DNA of 64,000 nt from Tubulanus polymorphus (lineage: Eukaryota; Animalia; Nemertea): positions 4,930,485-4,994,484 of the forward strand of contig NC_134027.1 in NCBI RefSeq assembly GCF_964204645.1, read 5' to 3'. The notes beneath the pieces were generated by a model that did no database searches, was not told the origin of the DNA, and saw nothing but the letters and a program-made list of their open reading frames with translations. Of this stretch, positions 1-11,331 are shown piece after piece. The position numbers and the translations under genes were made by a program. The first letter of the stretch is position 1. Each line of letters opens with the position of its first letter.

Positions 1-1370
1 TTCCTACTTACTTCGCCGTTATTTCAAAAAACTGACCACTGCGACAAGACTGCGCAAGCGCGTATTTTGCATGGATAAAATTAAAAAATTAAAATGAAAC
101 GCACTTACCAATAGAAATGAATAAAAGTGGTTTAATCCGTATCCAAGTGCAAACAAATTCGTTGAAGTCAACTTTAAAAATATTTTCTGCCTTCCCAGCT
201 GTTCAATGGTAACTTGACAGGATGGTGGTCATGATTGGAAATGGCAATCACAGCGCGTGCACTTGCATTTTACCCGAGACCGGATATTCGGGGCATCACC
301 ATCTTATGACGTCACATGAGTCTGGCTGAATGGCATTCCCATGCATGGTGACCCCGTCATCAGACTAACGGAAGTATTTAGGCTATCACTGCCTTTTGTG
401 TCGGTCTTCATCTTGTGCCCGCGATTATGCGTAGAACTCGTGTTATCAATGGGTGATCATTTCTACACAATAGATCTGGGCGGTTTGGTCGTTGCCGCCC
501 AGGGAACTATTTAACTTAGTAACACCGCATGGAGAACAGGTCCTCTTGTATTCTCGTGTCTTTTACAATAAACACCGGAGGCTACAATAAAATAAAGTCG
601 TTATTTCCCGGACGCGCGCGAATTGCAACGGATCTTCTAAATCGGCGCGATTCAACAGGTCTCCGAGTCCACGGTAACTCGCAACATAAACATTTACGAA
701 AAGGTTTCAACCGAAGTATTTGATCTTTGATCTTATTTTTGAACGTTCGCGAGCCTAACATTATTTTGTTATTATGCCGTAGGTGAGAATTCCTATGCAT
801 AAAGTACAGCACTTGAAAAATTGAACTATTCGCACGAGCTACGGATTTCGTCAGTTCTTGCCACTGAATTTTCACTACTGCAAAAAGCTTAGCAAAACCG
901 GGAGCCGTTGAATGCGAATGGAAATTTACGGTTGTAGTTGATTTATCACCCTCAATAAGTATCCCCCAAGGTAAAAATCTATCATGCTTAAAATCCCCCC
1001 GAAATTCAGTTTTCTATCAAAACCAGAGTATAAAACCAAGATAAAAACTAGATGATACTTTTCACAACAATATTTAGGAATACATATGTACGTAGATATT
1101 GTATTATTACTTTCCAATTGTATCTCTTCATGGAGATTTTCAAAAATACGATAATGACATTTTGATGAATGTAGCTAGCTTGAAGTCACAGATTATCCAA
1201 GATGAATAATGTGACCAATGCAACGGAGAATTTAAAATTTTTTTATTCAATCAGTTTTTAAACGTAAGAACTTTGAAATATCTTCAAGTGAATTCAAATT
1301 TTGGGAAATTTAACCAGGGATAATTTTGACTTACCAAAAAGTACACATTATAGTTACACTACAAAAAAAG

Positions 1371-1598
1371 CAGAGGCGGATCCAGGAATAAAGGGGTTCC
1401 CTAAAAATCCAAGCGTACTTGGTACATGGACGCGAGCGCCTTAGACGCTGAGTTCTGAAGATGGTTTGGGGGCCCAAGAAAATTCAATCCATGAGTGATT
1501 TTAGAACAAAATGACCGGCAATAACTTGCCACTGTGTAACTTTCGTTGTGAAAAAGTTATTTTGGCAAAAAATCGGGAGGATCTTGGAACCGCCCCTG
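1371..1598. mobile_element. MITE-like element with CAG(A/G)GGCGG terminal inverted repeats
   Basis: Left end cagaggcggatccagga vs reverse complement of right end caggggcggttccaaga (14/17 match). No clear target-site duplication, so probably old. Confidence 0.55.
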
Positions 1599-1806
1599 AA
1601 GAGGTTTATGTATTTGCGACTTTCATGAACAGTTCATTTAAGATTTATTATAATCACCGGACATCAGACACCAAACAGGCCTTCGAAAAATGCAGATCTT
1701 CGTGCAAGGTACTTAGAGCCGTGTGTCAAGAATGCTTTATAAGATGCAAAAATAAATTATCTCGTTGGTTTGGACATGGCACGCGCAGGTAGTCACAAAT
1801 TACTTA

Positions 1807-1893
1807 CGCCCGAAAGGTGGAATTGAACCACTCTGACGCTAGTCAGCTACAGGTTTGAAGCCTGCACCCCAGACCACTGAGGATCATCCGGGC
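1807..1893 (-). tRNA. tRNA-Sec: tRNA-Sec (selenocysteine tRNA, anticodon TCA)
   Basis: Reverse complement reads GCCCGGATGATCCTCAGTGGTCTGGGGTGCAGGCTTCAAACCTGTAGCTGACTAGCGTCAGAGTGGTTCAATTCCACCTTTCGGGCG (87 nt). It has a TCA anticodon and long variable arm, and is nearly identical to the vertebrate tRNA-Sec as I recall it, apart from a compensatory pair swap in the variable stem. Confidence 0.97.
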
Positions 1894-1917
1894 ACTCTAC
1901 CACTCGCGTCACCACCG

Positions 1918-1958
1918 TTAAATAGGTGTTGTTTTATGTACTCTTTACAAACACGGTA
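1918..1958 (-). promoter_or_regulatory. Upstream Pol III promoter of tRNA-Sec: TATA and PSE
   Basis: On the minus strand, TATTTAA lies at -31..-25 (1918-1924) and TACCGTGTTTGTAAAG at -65..-50 (1943-1958), resembling the U6 PSE TACCGTAACTTGAAAG. This is the known arrangement for tRNA-Sec genes. Confidence 0.75.
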
Positions 1959-2601
1959 TATACCCGGTAACCCAATTTATTTAGATGACATGACAGCTGT
2001 GAAAGAATGCAACATAGTTTGCAAAATAAACATCACGATATTTTCGTATTTAATATGGATTGTCTTTGAAATGGCGCTCTTCCCAATGTGTTGTTTAAAA
2101 CGGTTATAGCGCCCATCATCTGCCGGTGCAATATTTCTAATACCCGATAACTAGATGGCGCTAAATGCATTGACTGGTTCAGTCGTAGATATCGGTCGTT
2201 GATCGTCTTTTTACTTACTTTTTCCTAATTCATCTGGAAAGAGAAGGAGCCTCAAATTATGTTTTGTATGTCATGTCAAAGCTACTGGTAGCAATAACCT
2301 GGTGATGAGTGTTTGGATATCTGATCGAAACGTCTTGTTTGATAAATAATATTTCTGAATTTACTTACTGCAATGTTTCAAACGTGTTACTAACCGCCCT
2401 AAAAATGTTTAGATGGCGCGCGCTGTCTTTCAAAATGACCCATCAGTCACATGCGATAGCGCAAAACTGGATCGATATAAGCTATCTCACTAAGTTCCGC
2501 GCACTGTTCTGTTGTATGAAATCATAAATTACATATTCAGCGCGTTGCAGAACTGTACTGTGTAGTTGTGCAACAGCGTTAGAGCTGACTTGAGGCCGGT
2601 G

Positions 2602-2650
2602 ATTGGCTAAAGACTAATCCGCCATGATGACGTCACAGGAAGTATATATA
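2602..2650 (+). promoter_or_regulatory. maf core promoter: inverted CCAAT, CRE, ETS site, TATA
   Basis: ATTGG 2602-2606, perfect CRE TGACGTCA 2628-2635, CAGGAAGT 2636-2643 and TATATATA 2643-2650, about 240 bp upstream of the ATG at 2888. Confidence 0.7.
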
Positions 2651-2887
2651 CGCTGGAAATCGCGCTAGTTTGCGTGCCCCTTTTCTTCCCAGGTGGATGG
2701 TGGTATCTCCCTCAGCCACCGTTTTTTCCACCATTGCCTTTCAATTAGTGAACAACATATTGCAAATTTGAACATTTCTACAATTCGGACAATTTTATTG
2801 GTTATAAGAATTTGAAATCGTTGAATTTGGAGGGATATAAATAACGTACTACTGACGGTCAATCAGCAACTTGAAAACGTGGTCGAA

Positions 2888-4424
2888 ATGGAATTTCAGG
2901 ATTTAGTCAATGACTTGCATTTTGATTTCGACCAGTTAACGAACAATGGATTACCGGAAGTGGACACAATAGAAGTGAAGACGGAAGGCGGGTTCGACGA
3001 TGGATGGATTTCGGCTGACTCCCTGTGTAGTCCCGGATCCTACCTGACACCTTCCCCTGCACCGTCTGGAAACGACCCAATCGACTTGACCTCACAATCG
3101 GCATCAATCTATCCTCACACGTCTACTAGCAACGAACTCGACCTGGCTTGGCTTACCCTGCCCATGAATTATCTAACAACTTCTAACAACGTAATTGATC
3201 TGACCATCGATGACCAAGACCCAGCGATGATGACCCCGGAATCGCCGTCAGCTAGCTCCGGTAAGTGTTGAATTTATCCAAGATAACCATTATGCTTTTC
3301 GAGTTCGTTATTTTGAGAGACAATGTTTGGATTCAATTCATTAAAACGAATTCATTCTAATAAAAGCTTATTGTGTTCCATATGTAATTCATTTATTCAT
3401 GGTAATCGTTATAAATGATTTTTTCTCTTGGCAATCGCTTTATGACCGATAATCATATAAATGCAAACGCTTAAGACTGCCGGCTAATGTTACTTTCAGC
3501 ATATAAGCGTGTTTCACAAAAGTGTCCACGTATTTCCATTCAATGGCAATAGCATAGAAATAAAGTTAGGCTATATAAAATGTATTTCATTCATTGTTAT
3601 ATTGATTCATGTATAGACAATCTAGGAATTTTGTCCTACATAGATAAAACTAGCAAACACCTTGAATAGCATAATATATACATATCAAAACTATAAGAAA
3701 TTAACTGACTTTAGATTGGCGTTCTAGTACATAAAAGAAGAAATAGATTTTCATGATGATCGGATGATTTATTATTCAAATCGTGGTCTAAATAACTGTC
3801 AAAATTCATGAATAATAGATGAATATATAGATAAAACAAAAACTGTGAAATATTTCTAAAGAAAAAATGAATAATTCATAATGCCCTGGAATAAAAATGA
3901 ATGAATCCGTAATGTCTACTTTTATTTATGATATATATGCTAATTCCATGTTGAACAGCCCGCATTTTAACGATATCCAATGTTTTTCCTTATGATATTA
4001 ATCAGATATCTTTTTGATTATTCTTACAGTTTTAGACACAACGAATGACAACGACATGGATTCTGACGAGTGTTACGGTATCACCGATGAGGAGTTGGTC
4101 ACGTTATCTGTACGAGAACTAAACGGGAAGTTGCGTGGTTTAAGCAAAGACAAAGTCCGAAGGCTTAAATACAAACGAAGAACATTGAAGAACCGCGGAT
4201 ACGCGCAGAGTTGCCGAACGAAGAAGAACCGCCAAAAATACGACCTCGAAAACAGGAATACCCAACTGGAAAAGGAAAATTTGATCTTGAGGCGTCATTT
4301 GCAAGTAATTATACGCGAACGCGACCAGTTTAAAAAACAAGTAGAAACTCTTCGGACGCGCAATAATTCAGTTTCAATCAGCCAGCCAAGCTCACCGGAA
4401 TCGTGTGACTTTGATAATTTGTAA
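2888..4424 (+). CDS. maf: Large Maf bZIP transcription factor (MafA/B/c-Maf/traffic jam-like), 2 exons: 2888-3260, 4030-4424; 255 aa
   Basis: Exon 2 encodes the Maf extended homology and basic region [46 protein letters not shown], a leucine zipper and C-terminal SSPES. Exon 1 is acidic and Ser/Pro-rich (transactivation-like). Phase-1 intron gtaagt...ttacag keeps the frame. Confidence 0.93.
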
Positions 4425-7400
4425 CAGGAAAAATCAACTTTACTGTGATAAAATCATTCCAGAACGTACAAGTCGACTCACACGAAGAACAAGACGGGCC
4501 CAAGGTGATGTGATATTTTTTTAAATATATTTTTCGTGCGTTGGTTTTAGCCGAGGGCTTTTAACATATTAAGCCCTCGAGAAACGCATATTAATTGACG
4601 GCTAAATGGTGCTATTTTAGGGAGAAAGTTGATGCATAAAAGTTGCCTAAAATTTTTCTTTTGACACTTGCATACTGATGATATGTATATCATAGATTTT
4701 AGATACCCGAAAAACGGAAATGTATTTGTAATGGCGTAGCCCGTGTTGGGGCCTCGTCAATGAGAATTTAATGCGAAGCGTCAAAAGTGTATCATAGACA
4801 TAAACATTTTTTTCTGTATTATAAATCCAAAAGAGTCGGATCACAACTTGATGTATTATTGATCGTTTTGAGTTTAGTGTTCAGAATTACATATGCTTAT
4901 TGAGATTTTCTGTTGCATTATTTGTTCATAGATTTTTAGAGAAATACAGTTTTACGTGTGTACGCACCATTGGCATTGATTGTGAATGTTTTAATTATGT
5001 TGAATACTTATCAAAGTTTATTGGAATCACTAAATATAGGCAGTAACTCCCCCCCCCCCCCATTCAAATCCATTATATATGTCTTTAATAATCTCTGGCA
5101 GATGCATAATATTATAAACGGTTATTCTGTTACAAAACGTTATGAATTTATGTAGAAATTTATTATCTTATTTTTGGCCAAAAACTGTCACCTCGAATTA
5201 TAAATCATTTAGTATGTTCAGTTATACAATGGATGTGCGCAGAGCTCAGGATTTTATGTTGAATATCTTATCTAAAGGGCAGTGTACCTGGTTCAAAGAT
5301 TGGCAATTCGATTCTATTTGAGTGTCAATTTCACATGTTTTAGGTTTTTCCAGTTTTATACATTCGCCATATCGAACAGCATATGTTCATTTACCATTAT
5401 AACATACACGCGAATTTTGAAGCTTTTCCCGATATAAAGATCGATGTTTTTCATTAATTCTGATCCACAGCCGTTGTATTAACGCGCAACAGCTGTGTTC
5501 TTTCAGTTCGCGTATTATGCATACAGAATATTGTATTTTCATTCATACATTTCTGTATGTATAGTGAATGTTTGATTAATTCATAACCATTTCGGACAGA
5601 CCCGAATGAAAAAAGATGATTATCATTTGTTGAAATCAAACATATTCGTACATTTCATATTCTTTTTTTGTTTTGACAATGACAGTGGTTGAACAGTAAT
5701 TGTTGTTAGCGCAATGAGAACCTAGACCCAGTACATCAATTCAAAAAAATATTTCACTTGTTTCATTAAACATAAAACTTAAACCTACCTGGCAGCGCCT
5801 GAGGCAAACCTTACTAGTACATTTCCAATTTTATTCAATACAAATCGCATCTCATTTCTCTTATTCGCACATCGATTATTGCGAATGTTTGCTGTATTCG
5901 ATTTTGTGTTTGATGGTAAGGCCTTTAGGCAAAAATCTATCCGATGTGTATGGATGTTGTTATTTAGTTTCTTTAGGTTTCAAAGGTCGTTATATCTTCG
6001 TTGTTGTTTTGTTATCATAGATATAAGCATTTAAAAAATCATGAAAAAAGTCTTTGTGATTACCCAGTAAATTTGTGCGTATGTTACTTTGTTTGCTTTT
6101 GTTTGTGCAGATGTTATATCGCCCAAGACGGCTGACTTGTTAGTATTTTTTTCACGGCGCACAAATACATAGATGTTATATAGTACAGAATATATATTTG
6201 CGAAGACTTCATTCCCCGGAGGACATACAATTAAATATATCCATGAAGCAATCAATCAATATGTGCGCATTCAAATATTCATTATCTGTAAGTGATCGGA
6301 AAATGGAATATGGTCAAATACTGTACATTTATAAAAACCTTTATCAGCCTGTGCATTATCTCTAATAATGTCTCATAATTTATTCATATCTCGAAAAGTT
6401 CTAATGTCTATCTAGCTAAGGTCGTGTTTCTCTTATTCATTTTTTTTCATACCAAAGGCAACTGATATAGCATCAACTGAGCGTACATAATACGTTATTA
6501 TAGAGTCAATATTCCGTTCGCTAATTGTCGCGTGTTTTATTCTTACGAAATATAACGAACTGGCTAGACTTTACCAGAACTTATAGAACCTATAGAATAT
6601 TGACGTGTGGCTTCCATTCAATTGTCGATATTACTCTCGTTTATGGTTTTGAAAATCACAAACATCGTCTTTCCCCGGTGAAAGGCCAACAGCAGAGTTT
6701 TACTGATATCGTAAGGAAACACGAAATACTTAAGGAATAAAGTACACGCTTGTTAGTGACCATGGAATTTTGACTTCTTTTTAGTAAAGTGTGAGATGTA
6801 CTGAAATCCTGATATTGTAAAATTCGTATTCTTATTAGTATACATTTCCCGCAGCGCAGGAGTCAGACCGATTGATTATACAAGTGTCAGTTAAAAAATG
6901 AAAACAAATCGGTCATAGGTAATATGTCTGTGAGGCACGTTATCCTGAAAGAAATAATACAAAACTGATGTGTGTTGATAGGGACAAATGGGAGATAATA
7001 TTTGAGAGATTTTTGTTCGGAACACAGGACGGACATGATGACCAGTTAAGCTATATAGATATTTGTAGGTTTGTGCCCGCAGAGCTGCGGGAGAGGGATT
7101 TTATGACCCATACTGGGTTTTTATAGGTCCCGCTTATAAAGATGGCTGTCGAAAAAGCTCTCTTCAAAACCACCCGCCTCTACATTCTCAAGCTAATTCC
7201 ATCGCAAGATATGTCTATTGAGTGAGGTGGCCATCTTTATTTGATTGAGGGATTCTATAACATTAACGACGACGGACTGACTAAACGGATTCACCTAACT
7301 TTGTAAAGTAACTCGGATAACGATTTAAGATGAATACAGAAGAAACGTTGAAATCTAAGAGAAAAAGGACACAAAAATATAAAAAAAACTTCCCTTTCCA

Positions 7401-9443
7401 TATGTGGCACTCGCGCGGCATGTTACTCTCGTAAATCATAGACGTTGTTGCCAATGTTGAGACGCCAATTCTTATGGAACGGGAATTTAAAAAAAAATAG
7501 AAAAAAAGAAAAAAATCAAAAATATTCAAGTCGAGGCGTAGGACCAGGGAAAATAAACCGGTCTTGTCGGGCCTCGGCTCTCGAGTTTGTCAATCTAAAA
7601 TGGATTAAAGATTTGACTGATTCCGCCCAGGGAAATTGACAATGCATTGTTAAATGGACCACGAGTTTAAATCACTTATTTTTTGTAGGCTATTTTTCTG
7701 ACTCTTTTAACAGCACAGTCGAGTGTGTAGCCCATAGTAGCATGTGTCACTTTGTGTAATAATGCTGTTAATTACTAGTAAAATCAAACTTACCCGACGG
7801 GTAATCTTTTCAGTGAGTCGTCGATCATTTTGCAAATGATGGCGCTAAAATAGTAATAAAACTATGAAAATCCTGCTTTTTGTTCGTGGATACATTTTAG
7901 ATGTTTCTTGTATTTCCGTTTTAAATGGTTATTTCTCTCGTGATATGTACTATTTTAATTCAGTTTAATTTAAAGTGACACATTTGTTGAAAGGAAAATA
8001 CTCAATGTTTCGACCCGAACCACTAAAATACCACGTGGATACATTTGAACAAATCATATGCGCTTTGATGAAATAGAAAATTCTGTTTCAGCTTTTTTGC
8101 ATACAGCGAATACAATTTGAGCGGTTTCGGGTCGCCATAACCAGTAAAACCATGTGGCTACACAAGGATATGTGCTTTGTTACTGAAGAAAAGAACAATC
8201 ATACTTCTGAAGTAAAGCATAGTGCACCAGCATTTTGGAAAGTTGTTTCTCTAACGGTTGATACTTATAAGGTAGAAAGAAGCGTCTACTGACTTGATTG
8301 GATTCATTTTAGAAATCTAAATACTGCAGTTCATTTCAATGTATGTAATACGTGAAGACAAATGAATCAACTGGTTTTCACATTTGGCGCTAAAAACCGA
8401 ATAACTCTATGAACATTGACGAACTATCGTTATTTTGGTGTTCCAAAAGTGCATCAGAACAGCAGTCGCTGACTGATCGTGTCCGAGGACTCGCAATGAT
8501 CATTCCGAATGCTAGAGAAATTTCATTTCAGGGTTCACAATAAACCGAGAAGGGTATTTGGTAATTTAGAAAAAATGATCAGGTTCTTATTCAATGCCGC
8601 CTGAAAAGCCATCGGAGTACTTTCATTCTCGGCGGACATTGTAACGAATAGTGAAAAAGTGAAGATATTTAAAAGATAAGAGTTTTATCGTTTTGACTTT
8701 GTACTGTCAGTGAGTAAAATGACATGAACCAATGTTTGTACTGGTATTTATTGTGGCAATGATAACGCACGTTTGTTAAAGGTATAAAATGCTGAACTAT
8801 AAAGCTTTACTTTTTGAAATATATTGAAACTTTTCGTAAATAAATAAAGCAAGAACTAAAAACAGAAAATGACTTTTTGCTTTTATTTTTCATTGTACAT
8901 ACATGTATAACGTGTTATGGCGATCGAACAGCTGACTAGAAAAAATCGCACCAAGCACTTGGATCTGAATGTACTAAACTGTGATAATTCTCACAAAACT
9001 TGAGAACGTTTCGATCGATGTATATGTATATGTATATATATTCATAACATCAAAACCGCACATGTTCTATCCGTATAAAGGTATAGTCATTCGTGCACGG
9101 ATATTGCGAGGCTGTGTGTGAACAGCTGGCTGTAAACCCATGCGACATAGTTGCTCTCCCGCTATCAGTTAATTGAAGCGATATGTTACTTATAGTTTGT
9201 TTGCCCATAACCCCTACAAGGTTATTCGATGCCGAGACCTATCATAATTTTTTGCCTCCGAACCCGAAAAAAACATCTACATAGCACAAATAAATTTTGA
9301 ATTGAATTGACTTGACAAATATGAGAAAGGTAGATGATGAAATCACGTGACTCAAAAGTTTTCTTTGTTTGATTTTATGAGATGCAGAAATTACTGATTT
9401 ATATTGCGGTTAAGCATACACACACCACATACAATATATATAT

Positions 9444-9448
<5 letters not shown>

Positions 9449-9511
<63 letters not shown>
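9449..9511. repeat. (TA)n microsatellite
   Basis: About 30 consecutive TA dinucleotides. Confidence 0.95.
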
Positions 9512-9517
<6 letters not shown>

Positions 9518-11331
9518 ATATGTACCGAGGCGATTTGTAAAACTCGAATTCTCCTGAAAATCGGTTGATTTCGCTTTGATATTTAAGATCACGAACAAAA
9601 TAATGGATCTAAACGTTTAATCGCCGTAGGCAGAATTTCATTGATCGATACATCCTTATATCAGCGCAGCGTGCCGACCGTGGAACATATGTGACTGAAT
9701 ATTCAATTACAATAGCCTGAAAATACTATGGCTGTTGTAGACAGGTGCTCTGCGACTGAATCCGCACTGTCTATTGGACGTCATCCTATTTCAATTTCAT
9801 TTAGAAAATTAATCAAGATCATCGTTTTGAAAATAAAATGCATTACGCCGGTATTGCGGTATATAATCCGGTGTTTAACATATCGGATTAGAATTCATTA
9901 CAAACAAGTAATGTTTTTTGCTGAGCTGTCTTTCGGTTTCATATGTTTGACTCCATCTTGGAAACTCTGTGCAGGATACATTTCCAACAAAAATGAAGCT
10001 TTCATATCAAACAATTTGATTGACCAATAACCAACTAAAACTTGTCGCATTTTTCGATATCCACGTTAGCCTGAAACCATCTTTACCAAGATGCCTGTAG
10101 GCACTAGAAGTTTCTTCGTTCTAGGTTTCAGATATCCAATTAACGAGCACCATTTGTGCATATACGTCATGGTATACGCCATATAAAGTAAAATCTAGCT
10201 ACAAATTCTGCCTTCGGGCATTTTCCGTAACTTCTGCATGCAAATTCTTCTTTGTAATGACAGAAATCGATGCACTACGCTTTTCAAAACGCTAGTTATT
10301 TTACAGTAAGTTACTGTTTAATTTGTAGAATATACCCGATGCCCGAGGCAATGTGCAGTCGACGAAACCGAAGAATCAAACATATATATCTTCTTTTGAA
10401 AAAAATTGGTCCATACTTTATATTCGGATTTGAATGAACAAAAGAAATATTCCAAGCTGTGTCACCTTGTTGCAGCGATTCTCGGGATACCGGAATTGAG
10501 CTCGCCCCGATTTGCCAATTTTCATTGGTCCCACAATCTGACTGGTGTTACTGGTATCTCCGAGTACGATTGCCATAATTGGAGCAAAATTATAGCAAAT
10601 CTATATACTATATATCATATAGAGAAATTGGGTAAAATTGGACAGGTGGGCTGGCACAATTATGCATTACATGTGTATATTGATAAATCTATTGGCAAAC
10701 CCGGGTGTGTAAATATAAATGGATAACGGCAAATTTCATATTTTAGACAGCATAACAAAACAAATACGGTTGAAGTAAATTGTACTGTTTAATGACAGCT
10801 GCGTTTCAGCTTTGCTTCGCTCTACAGGTGATTATCAACCACCGATTGGATAAGATTGCACATCCAGCTGGGTAGTCAGTATACAATAATCGATGATTCA
10901 AATAAACTCGTATATAAATATAACTACCCTACAGTTGTCAGAATGTAAAAATGCCTATCAGAAACTTTATAATGGATACGCAAAATTAAGAACAAAGGAA
11001 TTAGAAGTTGAAAATTCATGATTTTTCCAAAGGAGAGCTATGGCCCTCTTGCGGATGGTTTCAATAACATAAATCCGCTATGTTTATTAGTATCAGATTT
11101 AACCACCATTGGCTTGCGGCAGCACTTTACGGTTTACTTGGTGCAAAACTGTTGCCGTGTTTTTCATCAACCGTAGTTACGATTATCACACTGTCCAATG
11201 AAACAGTACACTGGTTACCATAGCATTGCAACCGATCACTCTTCACAGTTTTGAATCTTAATCCGTGGATCGTGTGAAAAATTTATCGCTAATTTCTTTA
11301 AATCAATCAAGAGAAAATTGAAGTTCAAATC

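Noticed and set aside
100-320. Possible promoter and first exon of a minus-strand gene leaving the window (CRE at 307-314, donor near 108)
   Set aside because: Motifs only; no coding sequence is visible within the window.
1855-2109. 84-aa and neighbouring 93-aa ORFs around the tRNA
   Set aside because: They overlap tRNA-Sec, its promoter or the MITE, and have no coding features.
9410-9598. ORF with an IYIYIY run
   Set aside because: Translation of the (TA)n microsatellite.
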